From an uncultured delta proteobacterium (GTDB taxonomy: Bacteria; Desulfobacterota; Binatia; UBA9968), in assembly GCA_963804165.1 (NCBI GenBank), contig CAWDPO010000043.1, positions 96,001-160,000 on the forward strand: DNA of 64,000 bases, in the 5' to 3' direction. The position numbers were made by a program, and so were the translations under genes. Shown here piece by piece: positions 1-9,873 of the stretch. Each line of letters begins with the position of its first letter. The first letter of the stretch is position 1. The notes beneath the pieces were generated by a model. That model had not been told where the DNA came from. It searched no databases and was given only the letters and a program-made list of their open reading frames with translations.

Positions 1-12
1 ATCCTGACCGCG

Positions 13-1434
13 TTGCTCGCTCTCTACGCACTCGTGACGGTTATATTCCTCGTCTCCGAGAATCGAAGACCGCAGTCGACCTTGGCATGGACGCTCGTTC
101 TCTTCCTCATTCCTGGAATCGGGCTGCTGGCTTACGTCCTCTTCGGCAGAGACCGGAAGGCGTTCAGCAAACAGCACGATCTCCTGATGCAAGATCTCGA
201 GGCAAATGCCCGTCACTTGTTGTCGCCTATTCTGTCCCGGCAGGATGCGGAGATGACGCGGCTGGAAAGCGTAGGTATCAACCACAAGAAAGTGATGATG
301 CTGGTGCGACGAAACTCTGTTTCTGCCCTGACGACACGCAATCGTGTCGAGATACAGCAGGACGCGGCCAAGTTTTACCCAAGCCTCATCGACGACATAA
401 AGGCCGCCCAGCACTCGATCCATCTCCAGTACTTCATCTGGGGCGTGGACGCATTTACCGACAGCTTGAAGCACATCCTGATCGAGAAGGCGCGAGCGGG
501 TATCGAAGTTCGGCTGCTCTATGATCCGATCGGCTCCCAGGCCCATGTGGGCCGCCGCTATGTCAAACACATGCTCGCGGCAGGTATTCGAATAGCGCCC
601 ACATCGCCGTTCTATCATTTGCATACGATCAGCTACCGCAATCACCGGAAGATCACTGTTGTCGACGGCGTGATCGGCTACACGGGCGGCATGAATATCG
701 GCGAGGAGCAGCTCGATGGCGGAGATGGGTTCGACTCATGGCGCGACACTCAGGTCCGGCTGGTGGGCGAAAGCGCGGCGGTTCTACAAGCGGTTTTCAT
801 GGTGGACTGGTACAACGCCATCGGCGAGAATTTATTCCACGCGCAATACTTTCCAAGTGACGCGATGGATCCTGCACAAGGTGACATCCCAGTGCAGCTC
901 CTGACATCGGGACCCGATTCCCAGTGGGCGGCGATCAGACAGCTTTACGCTTTTATGATCGTTTCGGCACGGCGACACGTCTATATTCAGTCACCTTTTT
1001 TCATCCCCGACCCGACCCTCGCCGAAGCTCTGAGCGAGGCCGCACTGTCGGGAGTCGATGTCAGGATAATGGTGAGCGCGCGTCCGTCGGGCAACAGACT
1101 CCCCGATTGGGCAGGGAACACATTTATCGAAAACATCGTGAAGGCAGGCGTGCGGGTGTTCCTCTACGAGAAAGGCTATATGCACGCCAAGACGATCAGC
1201 ATCGACTCCGAAATCTGCTCGATCGGCTCGGCCAATATCGACATCCGCAGCTTCAGCATCAATTACGAGCTTAACGCGGTGTTCTATAGCGAGCGGATCG
1301 CCAAAGAGCTGGAGGACGACTTCGAGCACGACCTTCAATACTGCAGCGAATTCGACCCGGCGGCTTATCGGAAGCGCGGCACCGCGATTCGCTTTAGGGA
1401 TTCGCTGGCGAGAGTGCTCTCGCCCCTGCTGTGA
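13..1434 (+). CDS. cls: Cardiolipin synthase (start may lie at or before the window edge)
   Basis: N-terminal TM/PLDc_N segment (ENRRPQSTLAW) and two HKD motifs (NHRKITVVD, MHAKTISID). Confidence 0.93.
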   Translation: MLALYALVTVIFLVSENRRPQSTLAWTLVLFLIPGIGLLAYVLFGRDRKAFSKQHDLLMQDLEANARHLLSPILSRQDAEMTRLESVGINHKKVMMLVRRNSVSALTTRNRVEIQQDAAKFYPSLIDDIKAAQHSIHLQYFIWGVDAFTDSLKHILIEKARAGIEVRLLYDPIGSQAHVGRRYVKHMLAAGIRIAPTSPFYHLHTISYRNHRKITVVDGVIGYTGGMNIGEEQLDGGDGFDSWRDTQVRLVGESAAVLQAVFMVDWYNAIGENLFHAQYFPSDAMDPAQGDIPVQLLTSGPDSQWAAIRQLYAFMIVSARRHVYIQSPFFIPDPTLAEALSEAALSGVDVRIMVSARPSGNRLPDWAGNTFIENIVKAGVRVFLYEKGYMHAKTISIDSEICSIGSANIDIRSFSINYELNAVFYSERIAKELEDDFEHDLQYCSEFDPAAYRKRGTAIRFRDSLARVLSPLL

Positions 1435-1482
1435 GGTTTGTTTTCATCCGCTTGCGAGAAGCATTACCGAATCTGCAGGCGA

Positions 1483-2385
1483 TCAAAACCGATCAAGCGA
1501 AGTATCCTGCCATGCCAGCGGGTCACCGACCGGTTCTAGGTGGGTAAACACGGTCGCACCAGGAATCGCGGCGCGGATATCGCGTTCCACTTGTTCCAGC
1601 AGATCATGTCCACGTTGCACAGTCCAATCGCCCGGCACCAGCACGTGAAACGAAATAAAGGATCGGCTAGCCGCGTGGCGAGTGCGTAATGCGTGATAGT
1701 GAATCCCATCGCGCTCGTATCGGTTAAGAAGCTCTATGATCGCTTGATGCTCTGCAGGAGGCAGCGCACTATCCAACAGACCAAGCACCGAGCTCCGCAG
1801 CAAGTTAGCTCCCGTCCAAAGAATATTGATCGCGACGATGATCGCAACGATGGGATCCAAGCGATTCCATCCGGTAAGAAATACGACGGCGATTCCGATG
1901 ACGACGCCTGCCGAAGTCCAGACGTCCGTCATTAAGTGACGAGCGTCGGCTTCGAGCGTGATCGAACGATACTTATCGGCGGCATGCAGCAATAGCCGGG
2001 CAACTACGAAGTTGACGATCGCCGCGAGAATCGACACAGCAAGTCCGATGCCGACCTGCTCCAAAGGCCGAGGCGTAATCAGCCGTGGGATAGCGGTCCA
2101 GACGATACTCGCTGCAGCGAGAAGAATGAGCGCTCCCTCGAGCCCGCTCGAGAAGTATTCGGCCTTGCTATAGCCGAACGCGTGCATTTCATCGGCGGGA
2201 CGCGCCGCAACCGCGAGCATGGCGAGCGCCATCAATGCCGCAACCAGATTGACGATCGATTCAAGCGCATCGGACAAAAGGCCCACGGATCCGGTGATGT
2301 AATACGCGGTCGTCTTCAAAACGATCGTGGCAAGCGCCGCGGCAATCGAAAGCCATGCAAATCGGGTGAGACTGGCTCGCTCCAT
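1483..2385 (-). CDS. Cation diffusion facilitator (FieF-like) metal transporter
   Basis: [27 protein letters not shown] and [13 protein letters not shown] motifs plus C-terminal ZT_dimer (THLEP). ATG at 2385. Confidence 0.9.
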   Translation of the reverse strand: MERASLTRFAWLSIAAALATIVLKTTAYYITGSVGLLSDALESIVNLVAALMALAMLAVAARPADEMHAFGYSKAEYFSSGLEGALILLAAASIVWTAIPRLITPRPLEQVGIGLAVSILAAIVNFVVARLLLHAADKYRSITLEADARHLMTDVWTSAGVVIGIAVVFLTGWNRLDPIVAIIVAINILWTGANLLRSSVLGLLDSALPPAEHQAIIELLNRYERDGIHYHALRTRHAASRSFISFHVLVPGDWTVQRGHDLLEQVERDIRAAIPGATVFTHLEPVGDPLAWQDTSLDRF

Positions 2386-2729
2386 ATTGTTAGAACAAAG
2401 ATTGCTGAAATTACTCTCCGTCGCAAGACAAAGCGATGCGCGCTTGGCATTGGCGAAGCCTGACAATCAAGGTGCGTTTTGAGCTTGTCTCGTTTGCGCG
2501 AGCGACTCCCGCGGCCTTTCACGACCTGGATCCCGGCTGCTCCTGTACATTGCCCATTCGCGTGCGGCCGAGTCCCAGTAACAGGTAAACCATCAGCTTG
2601 TTGTGACAGGGTGCAGGTGCTAGTCGTCAACTATCAGCGTTACATGGATCTTTTGGCCTGCTGGATCCAGAGTCGATCGAGGAGGTGGACCATGGCGTCG
2701 AGCGACTCTGACGCGGTTCGCCACGTGGA

Positions 2730-3611
2730 TCAGGTTCGAATCATCAACACCGAGTTGTTCGCGTGACGGAGCACTTTCTCTGTGACACTTCCAAGTACCC
2801 AATGCTTGATAATCGAGCCGCTGTGGGGAGACATTGCAATCAGCGTGTTCGGTGTTCCTTTGCCCATTTCGATAATTGTTTCCGCAGCGTCTCCTTCGGT
2901 GACGGAAGAGAACACCTCTACCAGACCGCGACTCTTCAGTTCCGCCACCTTGTCATCCAGGTAATTCATGGCTTCCCATCTCAATTCTCCCTTGAGTTCA
3001 TCCAGATCGGGATGATAATCCTCGAAGCTGAAGATAATCTGTTTTAAGCTGTACGACCGTAAAAGCGTGACTTTCGCATGGAAAGCTTTTGCCAACTCGA
3101 CAACATACAATAGAACAGATTCGGCCTGGGTCGAGCCATCGAGAGGGACAATGATCGAATCCGGAGCCGCTTCACCCTCTGAACTGGTTTCCTCGTTCGC
3201 TCTCACCACAAGAACCGCGTTATGTGCTCCGCGCACTACTTTTTCGGTGACGCTCCCGAGCAGCCAGCGGCCAAGTCCAGAACGGCCATGAGTCGCCATC
3301 GTGATAAGCGTTCCCGCAGCAGCGTTCGCAATAATAGCGTCTTCGGCTTTACCTCTTTCCATGCTGTATTGGATGGCGCCTGTGGAGAAAGTCTTGGAAA
3401 TTTTCTTGAGATACTCCTCGGCATTTCTCGCGCCACTTTCTATGAGCGTATCGAGATCACCTGCTTTTTTCTTAGAAAAGTCAGCCGCGGTCTCGATGAC
3501 CGTTATGAGGGTTATTGGTATTTCCAGGGTTCGTCCTAGAGCACGAACGTGGGGCAGAACCTTTTCCGCGATAGCCGATCCGTCTAGCGGCACCAGTATG
3601 CGAGTAAACAT
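2730..3611 (-). CDS. Universal stress protein, tandem USP domains
   Basis: RILVPLDGS...MATHGRSGLGRWLLGSVTEKV, then a second domain IIVPLDGS...LGSVTEKV. RBS GAGGGA before the ATG at 3611. Confidence 0.93.
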   Translation of the reverse strand: MFTRILVPLDGSAIAEKVLPHVRALGRTLEIPITLITVIETAADFSKKKAGDLDTLIESGARNAEEYLKKISKTFSTGAIQYSMERGKAEDAIIANAAAGTLITMATHGRSGLGRWLLGSVTEKVVRGAHNAVLVVRANEETSSEGEAAPDSIIVPLDGSTQAESVLLYVVELAKAFHAKVTLLRSYSLKQIIFSFEDYHPDLDELKGELRWEAMNYLDDKVAELKSRGLVEVFSSVTEGDAAETIIEMGKGTPNTLIAMSPHSGSIIKHWVLGSVTEKVLRHANNSVLMIRT

Positions 3612-3651
3612 CGTTCCCTCGCATTCCGGTTGGACGCGATAATCACGGAAT

Positions 3652-4218
3652 TCACTCATGACCGGTCACCACCCGCCGCGCGGCAACAATGATACTTGCG
3701 ACCTGAGGAATCGCGGCGTCTTCCAGGTGCTTCGGATAAGAACACTTCGGCTTAGCGATATCTTCAAGGTTGATGCCGCCGAAGGACGGCTCCAACCACT
3801 TGCACGCCTGAATCAGCTCGTCAGGGTCTTTGGTCGCCAGACAAATTGGAAAGGCATCGACACCGCCCAAATACTTGAACAACACCGCCTTGCCTTCCAT
3901 CACCGGCAACGCTGCATGGGGGCCGATGTCGCCCAGGCCGAGCACCCGCGTGCCGTCGGAAACGACCGCGATGAAATTGGCTTTGTTCGTGTGCGCGAAC
4001 ACCTGTTCGGGATGTGCCGCAATATCGCGGCAGGGTGCCGCCACTCCCGGCGAGTACCAGATCGAAAAGTCTTCGTAAGTATGGATGGCACACTTCGGTG
4101 TGACTTCCAGTTTGCCGCGGTAGACGGGATGCAGCCGCAGCGCTTCTTCAGCGGGTTTCTGTGCCCGCGCCAGAAGCTCTGCGATGTTAGGTGCGGTCTT
4201 TCGTTCAGCCTCTTGCAT
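3652..4218 (-). pseudogene. Truncated NAD(P)-dependent malic enzyme (N-terminal domain only) fused to a PDH E1-beta-like C-terminal tail
   Basis: [34 protein letters not shown] and GGINLEDI motifs. Similarity ends at KPKC, followed by YPKHLEDAAIPQV. The NAD-binding domain is absent. Confidence 0.85.
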
Positions 4219-4259
4219 GGCGTGCTAGTCCTCGTGATTTGGCCCTAAGGTTCCTATGC

Positions 4260-4274
4260 GCAAGAAATAAGCCA
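4260..4274 (-). promoter_or_regulatory. Sigma-54 promoter (-24/-12)
   Basis: TGGCTT-ATTTC-TTGC on the minus strand upstream of the malic enzyme/USP genes. Confidence 0.7.
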
Positions 4275-4325
4275 GGGAACTCGATTTACAAATCGCCGTC
4301 TTAGCGGACTCCAACAGCTATATTT

Positions 4326-4372
4326 TTTCCACTACTGCGAACAAACGACTCGGGTTTTTCCACAATTGAAAA
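4326..4372. promoter_or_regulatory. Paired palindromic upstream activator sites (putative enhancer)
   Basis: TTTCCA-CTAC-TGCGAA (4326) and TTTCCA-CAAT-TGAAAA (4357), 31 bp apart, between divergent sigma-54 promoters. Confidence 0.65.
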
Positions 4373-4434
4373 TATTCTCTCCGAACCCATGGGTACTGAG
4401 GCTGGAACATGCCGTTTACCTTCCGGAACCTTGA

Positions 4435-4449
4435 CGGCACTGGAATTGC
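4435..4449 (+). promoter_or_regulatory. Sigma-54 promoter
   Basis: CGGCAC-TGGAA-TTGC upstream of the DUF2267 gene. Confidence 0.75.
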
Positions 4450-4511
4450 TCAAGTTCTCTTACGGAAAAACATCATTTTTAATCCGGAGAGAATTTCAAG
4501 GAGGAATCGCC

Positions 4512-5027
4512 ATGAGAACCGGACCCACTCATCGTTACCCATTGACGCGCGGCGCACCCCGGTACAAAACCACCTACGACATCTTTGACGGCACGCTGCA
4601 AAAAACACAGATCTGGCTGAACGAGCTGATGACCGCGCTCGACTGGGAAAATCACCCGCAGAAAGCCTATCTCGCATTGCGCACGGTGTTGCACGCCCTG
4701 CGCGATCGGCTGACGGTCGAGGAAGCCGTGCAACTCGGCGCCCAGCTGCCGATGCTCGTGCGCGGTTTCTATTACGAAGGCTGGACGCTCAAAGGAAAAC
4801 CTCGCAAAGAACGGCACAAAGAGGATTTTCTCGCGCACATCAAAGATGCTTTTAAAGAGGACGTCACCGTTCGGCCGGAGAGCATTGCGCGCGCGGTTTT
4901 CAAAGTGTTAGCGCGTCACACCAGCGAAGGCGAAATCGACGACGTCAAGCATATTTTGCCGAAGACGCTGCATGAACTGTGGCCATCGAAGCGCGTTATG
5001 ACGTCTGCGAGCGCAAGAGAGCACTGA
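4512..5027 (+). CDS. DUF2267 family protein
   Basis: AYLALRTVLHALRDRLTVEEAVQLGAQLPMLVRGFYYEGW signature; RBS GGAGG before the ATG at 4512. Confidence 0.88.
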   Translation: MRTGPTHRYPLTRGAPRYKTTYDIFDGTLQKTQIWLNELMTALDWENHPQKAYLALRTVLHALRDRLTVEEAVQLGAQLPMLVRGFYYEGWTLKGKPRKERHKEDFLAHIKDAFKEDVTVRPESIARAVFKVLARHTSEGEIDDVKHILPKTLHELWPSKRVMTSASAREH

Positions 5028-5081
5028 TTCAGGGAAAAGCACTGCTTGCGCGTGATAATCATTGGACGTCGGGTGGTACAT

Positions 5082-5363
5082 ATGGATCGACTATTCCTAC
5101 TGATTGCCGGGGTTGCGATCCTTGGTCTCTATTTTATGATTGCACCGGTTGCTATTAACACCTATCGTCGCTATCGCAAACGTAAGACAATCATCTGTCC
5201 CGATACCGGTCAGATAGTGGAACTGGACCTCAACGCAGTGCATGCCGGTCTCATGTCCGCTTTGGGAAAGCACTGCGTCCGAGTAAAATGGTGCAGCCTG
5301 TGGCCGCGCAAAAAAGGTTGCGCTCAAGAGTGCGTAAATGAGGACTGGTGGTCCCGAGATTGA
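5082..5363 (+). CDS. Small membrane-anchored Cys-rich hypothetical protein
   Basis: N-terminal TM helix, basic patch, then CPDTG...CSLWP...GCAQEC. Confidence 0.7.
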   Translation: MDRLFLLIAGVAILGLYFMIAPVAINTYRRYRKRKTIICPDTGQIVELDLNAVHAGLMSALGKHCVRVKWCSLWPRKKGCAQECVNEDWWSRD

Positions 5364-5602
5364 TGTGCACAGTCCGGGTCAATGGCAGCAATCGCAGATT
5401 AAACTGACGCTTCAACCGTTTCGGCGACGCCGGCCTTCCCGACTCATCGACATGACCCAGAATTAGCGCGCCGGTAACAAATAAGACGACTACCGAAATA
5501 AACTCCATGAATTGCCGACAGTTCGAGACCTGGCTCAGGCAGCGGCGACAGAGATTCAATAAGATACTTAACACCTGCGACAGAGCCGCGAGCAAGAGCG
5601 AT

Positions 5603-5635
5603 TTGAACTAGTTGAACGGTTTGAACGATTCGAGC
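5603..5635 (+). repeat. Short tandem repeat with 9-nt period (TTGAAC-NNN)
   Basis: TTGAAC at 5603, 5612 and 5621, plus degenerate TCGAGC at 5630. Confidence 0.6.
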
Positions 5636-5670
5636 TAACAAGTCTCAGAGATCATACCGGAGCCAAAGCT

Positions 5671-7257
5671 ATGGCTATCGAATCCCCCTCCCTACCGCCT
5701 CTGATTCAAACCATGCTGCGCACGAGCTTCTATCCGCACCGCACCGATTCGGTAGAGCTTCGACAGACCCATATTTCCTACGTGCTACTAGCGGGCGATT
5801 ACGTCTACAAAATTAAAAAACCGGTCCGTTTCTCTTTTCTCGACTACTCGACGTTGGAGAAACGTCACCATTTTTGCCACGAAGAAGTCCGCCTGAATCG
5901 GCGGCTTGCCCCGGCAGTTTACCTGGACGTGCTCGCCGTCGCGCGCGACAAAAAACGATTCAGCCTCGAGGTTTTTCCTGGACAAGAGAAGATTGTCGAA
6001 TACGCCGTAAAAATGCGCCGACTCCCAGAGGAATATTTCCTCGACCGACTGATCCAAGAAGGGAAAGCTCGGCAGCAACATTTCGATTCTATCGTGACCA
6101 AGCTGGCGGACTTTTACGCCGCGGCGGCATCCGATCGAGCCTCGCTCTACGGATCTGCGGAGGCGATTCGTGCAAATCTGGAAAAAAACTTGAAACAGAT
6201 GGAGCCATTCATTGGCGAAACCCTCACCTTGGACGAATTTGAACACATACGAGACTATCAGCTTAATTTTCTAACCGAAAACTGTGATCTATTGGATACG
6301 AGAGTTCGAGACGGTCGCGTGAGAGAAGGACATGGCGACCTCCGTGCCGAGCATATCTGCCTTGAGGAAGATCCTGTAATCTTCGACTGCATTGAGTTCA
6401 ACGAGGAATTTCGCTACTGCGATGCAGCCTCAGAAATTGCGTTTCTTTCGATGGATTTGGACTATCTCGGAGTCCCTATGCTCTCGGAGCATTTCGTTCA
6501 GTCCTTTCAGAACCGCACCAAAGATCTTGACCTTTTACGTCTTCTGTCCTTGTACAAAACTTATAGAGCGTGCGTTCGAGGCAAAGTGGAAACGCTAAAA
6601 AGCCGGGAATCCGAGGTGCCCGAGGAGGAACGCCAGGACGCCAAGAGCCGGGCGCGCCGTTACTTTCATCTGGCGCATCGCTACGCGAGCGGTCCCTTTC
6701 CTCCCGCCCTAATTATCGTCTGTGGCCTGGCCGGATCAGGAAAGTCTACTGTCGCTCGAACCGTCGGCGCGCGCACCGGATATCAGATCCTCAACTCCGA
6801 TGTGGTTCGCAAGCAACTGGCCGGCATTTCATTGACGACCCGTTCGATAGAGGATTACGGCAAAGGTCTGTACACCGACTCATTCAATACTCGCACTTAC
6901 GATTGCCTCCTGAAACAGGCCGAAGACTGCTTAAAATCTGGTAAAGGCGTGATTATCGATGCGACGTTTAAGACCTCGCAGCACCGGCGACAATTTATAG
7001 AGCTCGCATCGCGGCGGCACCTACCGGTCCTCTTTGTCGAGTGCCGTGCGAGCGAGGGAAAAACCCTTGAACGCTTGAAAGAACGCCAGCAACGGCCAGG
7101 CGAGGTCTCCGATGCTACGGTGGCGATCTATTTACGGCAGCGAGAGGAGTTTGTGCCATTGACCGAGATGCCCGAGTCGATCCGAATGATCGTAAATACC
7201 GAAGGCGATCCCGAAGAGGCCGCCGGCCAGGTAATGAATTTTCTCCGCAGGACGTAG
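5671..7257 (+). CDS. Aminoglycoside-phosphotransferase-like/AAA_33 kinase fusion (COG2187+COG0645, Rv2004c-like)
   Basis: ELRQTHISYV, YKIKKPV, EEVRLNRRLAP, GHGDL, FDCIEFN motifs and a C-terminal P-loop GLAGSGKS. Confidence 0.9.
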   Translation: MAIESPSLPPLIQTMLRTSFYPHRTDSVELRQTHISYVLLAGDYVYKIKKPVRFSFLDYSTLEKRHHFCHEEVRLNRRLAPAVYLDVLAVARDKKRFSLEVFPGQEKIVEYAVKMRRLPEEYFLDRLIQEGKARQQHFDSIVTKLADFYAAAASDRASLYGSAEAIRANLEKNLKQMEPFIGETLTLDEFEHIRDYQLNFLTENCDLLDTRVRDGRVREGHGDLRAEHICLEEDPVIFDCIEFNEEFRYCDAASEIAFLSMDLDYLGVPMLSEHFVQSFQNRTKDLDLLRLLSLYKTYRACVRGKVETLKSRESEVPEEERQDAKSRARRYFHLAHRYASGPFPPALIIVCGLAGSGKSTVARTVGARTGYQILNSDVVRKQLAGISLTTRSIEDYGKGLYTDSFNTRTYDCLLKQAEDCLKSGKGVIIDATFKTSQHRRQFIELASRRHLPVLFVECRASEGKTLERLKERQQRPGEVSDATVAIYLRQREEFVPLTEMPESIRMIVNTEGDPEEAAGQVMNFLRRT

Positions 7258-7317
7258 TCAAGGCGCGCCCTGTCGACACCCGCGCGCTGGATTTGAACTG
7301 TGCCGCTAAGAAAGTAC

Positions 7318-7507
7318 TCGTGTGGTGTCTCAGAAGTTCGTTTCAAAAGTCCAAACGATGACAGGAGCTCAAGTCAAACTCAAATCCCCCTTAGTCCCCT
7401 TTTTCTCCAAAGGTAATCTCACTCCTCTTTGCCAAAGAGGGGCACGAGGAGATTTTCGGACAAACTGCCGCGGCAATAATACAGCGACCTTCTGGGCCAG
7501 GACACTA
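7318..7507. mobile_element. MITE-like non-autonomous element with an internal REP-like palindrome
   Basis: Imperfect 23-bp terminal inverted repeats (7318-7340 and 7485-7507, 17/23 match by eye). Internal CCCCCTTAGTCCCCTTT...CTCCTCTTTGCCAAAGAGGGG hairpins. Confidence 0.5.
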
Positions 7508-7616
7508 TAGCCGCGATGCGAGGTATGACGCTCACGCGCAACAGGTGAGCTTCGACATTAACCGATATCAGCCGCGTTCTTTGCAGTTACCGGGAGACGG
7601 TACTGGTGGGAGCTAT

Positions 7617-7876
7617 TCACTTACGACGGAGCAGCAAACCAAAGAGCAGGCCGATGCTGGCAGCAATCGCCAATCCTGCCCAGGTATTTTCGCGTAACTG
7701 TGATTCCGTCCCAGCTAGAGTCTTTCTGCCGTCTTCTATCTTTTTTCCAGACGCTGACGCAGATCTCCAATGCGCTCGCTAGTCTGACTGGCCGTCGCTT
7801 TGACGAGATCTTCCACGTCTTCAATCAAAACTTTGAAATCTTCGGATAACTTTTTTGTCGTTACCTCGTTCATCAT
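7617..7876 (-). CDS. DUF883/ElaB/YqjD-family membrane protein (one homopolymer frameshift near 7745)
   Basis: MMNEVTTKKLSEDFKVLIEDVEDLVKATASQTSERIGDLRQRLE / IEDGRK...LRENTWAGLAIAASIGLLFGLLLRRK*. RBS AGAGGGGG. Not reported as one ORF in the track. Confidence 0.75.
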
Positions 7877-8038
7877 TACCCCCTCTATACGATCTTCATC
7901 CTACGACGAACACCCGGAACCGTGGCTTTAATCACAACCACTTACGGCAACATACTTTGACAAGGCACGTCAGTCCGGCTGATTGAAATGTTCCAGGGCA
8001 GCTAAGTAAGCTCGCTTACCGGTCACCGCAACCTGGCT

Positions 8039-8260
8039 CTAATGCCTTGTCCCTTCGTCAGACTCACCTAAATGAGAATCGCTCGAGCAGAATGATGACT
8101 CCCTAAGGTTTCGTCGGCGACGCAAATATGTATCCGTTGGCCAGTTCCAGTTAAAAACCGGCAGCTCATCATCATTGTAAGGCGCGCCATTAACTTTGCT
8201 TTGGCTAAATATGAGTTGCCAATAACTCATGCGATTTCGGCTGTTCTGTTTCGACTTCAT
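8039..8260 (-). CDS. Hypothetical small protein
   Basis: Strong RBS AAGGAGG 8 nt before the ATG and a sigma-54-like promoter at 8351-8365. No recognisable family. Confidence 0.4.
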   Translation of the reverse strand: MKSKQNSRNRMSYWQLIFSQSKVNGAPYNDDELPVFNWNWPTDTYLRRRRNLRESSFCSSDSHLGESDEGTRH

Positions 8261-8350
8261 GGGACATGCCTCCTTTACTTGTGCATTCCATCCGGAAAAT
8301 ACTCCCAGTCCGATACGTTAAGAATCGACGTTGCTAGAGCTTCTGTATTT

Positions 8351-8365
8351 GCAAAACATGTTCCA
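8351..8365 (-). promoter_or_regulatory. Sigma-54 promoter
   Basis: TGGAAC-ATGTT-TTGC on the minus strand. Confidence 0.6.
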
Positions 8366-8700
8366 CGTTCAGTCGTAAGCTCAGGCTGATGAGCAGAATT
8401 TTGAAGTTTAGATGTTGGGGAACGGCTGAATTAATACTGTGATTTCTAAAATGGCAGGTTCGGATCGGATACTGCTTCTTGCAGCACGATGTAAGGTCCA
8501 AATGTCGTCGCTCGGCTGTCCAAGATGCGCGGATGCAATGGCGAACTGTGGGGCCAGCCGGGAGAGTTTGGTTTGCTTTTTTTGATGAGTTCATCGCTAC
8601 CCATTTCCCGAGCCCTCTTCGATAGAGCACTAGCGCAACCTCTGAATCCTTCCCATGTAGAGTCACCTTTGCTGCCTCGCCGTCCAAAGATAGATCTAAA

Positions 8701-8954
8701 TCACTCTTTTTGAGCCAGCTTGGTGTCCACCCATTCGAGGTCGATCGACTGGATTGCCTCTTGTCTAAGTTCCGGATAAGTTTTTCCGAAGCTCGGGTGG
8801 AAGCGACCCATGTACGACTTGAGAATCTCAACTTCGATCGTCAGGGCATCGACGCTGCAGTCAGGTCCACCTTCAAATCTTTGGGCAACGATCCCGTCGC
8901 TTCGATTTCTCGCTGGAACAAGTGTAACTGCTGTTCGATTGCCGCATCGTCCAT
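8701..8954 (-). CDS. Hypothetical protein (frameshift near 8855)
   Basis: RBS GGAGG, then MDDAAIEQQLHLFQREIE..., joining the frame SVDALTIEVEILKSYM...DLEWVDTKLAQKE*. Confidence 0.5.
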
Positions 8955-9017
8955 TTGAGTCCTCCAAGACTGAGTTTAGCGAATCATCAATGACCTGTTA
9001 CCTGCTGTCTCCAGGGC

Positions 9018-9032
9018 GCATACAACGTGCCA
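9018..9032 (-). promoter_or_regulatory. Sigma-54 promoter
   Basis: TGGCAC-GTTGT-ATGC on the minus strand. Confidence 0.7.
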
Positions 9033-9094
9033 CGCTGGACACATCTGAGCGTATCAAAGGAACGCTGGCGAAATTCACAGTTGGTCAGCAGCTT

Positions 9095-9141
9095 TTCGCG
9101 CGAACGGTAAAAACTGCGAGCGCGACTATCATTGCTGCGAA
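9095..9141. promoter_or_regulatory. Paired activator sites (degenerate)
   Basis: TTCGCG-CGAA-CGGTAA (9095) and CTATCA-TTGC-TGCGAA (9126), 31 bp apart. Confidence 0.45.
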
Positions 9142-9260
9142 AACTAACCAGGGCCGTCGCCTTGATCTCTCCGTACGGTAGCCGTTGTGCACCATCCTCG
9201 CATATTCATTGAACTAGTTTATTCCCAAAACGCGCTCGAAAAGCGTTCTTTTCGAATCGC

Positions 9261-9275
9261 TGGCACAACGTTTGC
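9261..9275 (+). promoter_or_regulatory. Sigma-54 promoter
   Basis: TGGCAC-AACGT-TTGC, consensus match. Confidence 0.8.
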
Positions 9276-9329
9276 GCTTAATCATATGGACGACAACCGT
9301 AACAATGCGTTGAGTACCGGGAGGTTTTT

Positions 9330-9563
9330 ATGGCAAGCGAAACCGAACTTTTTTATCTTGTGTTGCTTACCCTGCTGACGCTGATCGTGCATTTGATTCT
9401 TTCGACAAAGAACCGCCGACACGCTAGGCATTCACACAGACAGAGTATCGTTAGGGACGGTTTTCACAGCATTTGGGCGCGATGCGACAATCCTTATCGA
9501 TTGGCCGGGTCGATTTTTTGGGGTTATAGGTTCGGCGTGAAATGGATCCGCTCCCACGTGTAA
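9330..9563 (+). CDS. Small single-TM protein, paralog of 22542-22655
   Basis: RBS GGGAGG; MASETELFYLVLLTLLTLIVHLILS is nearly identical to the second copy. Confidence 0.65.
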   Translation: MASETELFYLVLLTLLTLIVHLILSTKNRRHARHSHRQSIVRDGFHSIWARCDNPYRLAGSIFWGYRFGVKWIRSHV

Positions 9564-9873
9564 GTAGGGCGTCGGACCATTTCGCGTCGCCGCTAACTCG
9601 ATGAAGATATTCCAAATGTGGTAACGATTGGGTGCCCAAACGCTCCGCGGTTCCGAGAGATGCACCGCAACTGTGGTTGCTGCATAACCCACAACTTCAG
9701 CAAGGGGGGATACTCAAAGTAACAGCCCGCACGCTGCATTTATCGGTATGCTTGAATAAAAAGGCACGTGAAATGGTCACAAAAATCAAATAGTCGCTCT
9801 CAGTGTAGAGGGGCATGGTGTTTTGCGATAGCTCCGAAGAAAGATTGGCGTCTCAAACTAAGGCTCTAATGAA

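Noticed and set aside
2479-2766. Short ORFs between the CDF and USP genes; also 28469-28729
   Set aside because: No recognisable motifs or convincing starts.
9811-9827. Sigma-54 promoter before the OmpR-type regulator (GGCATGGTGTTTTGC)
   Set aside because: GG-GC spacing is one base too long. The same applies to a minus-strand candidate near 27839-27854, though a homopolymer error is possible in both.
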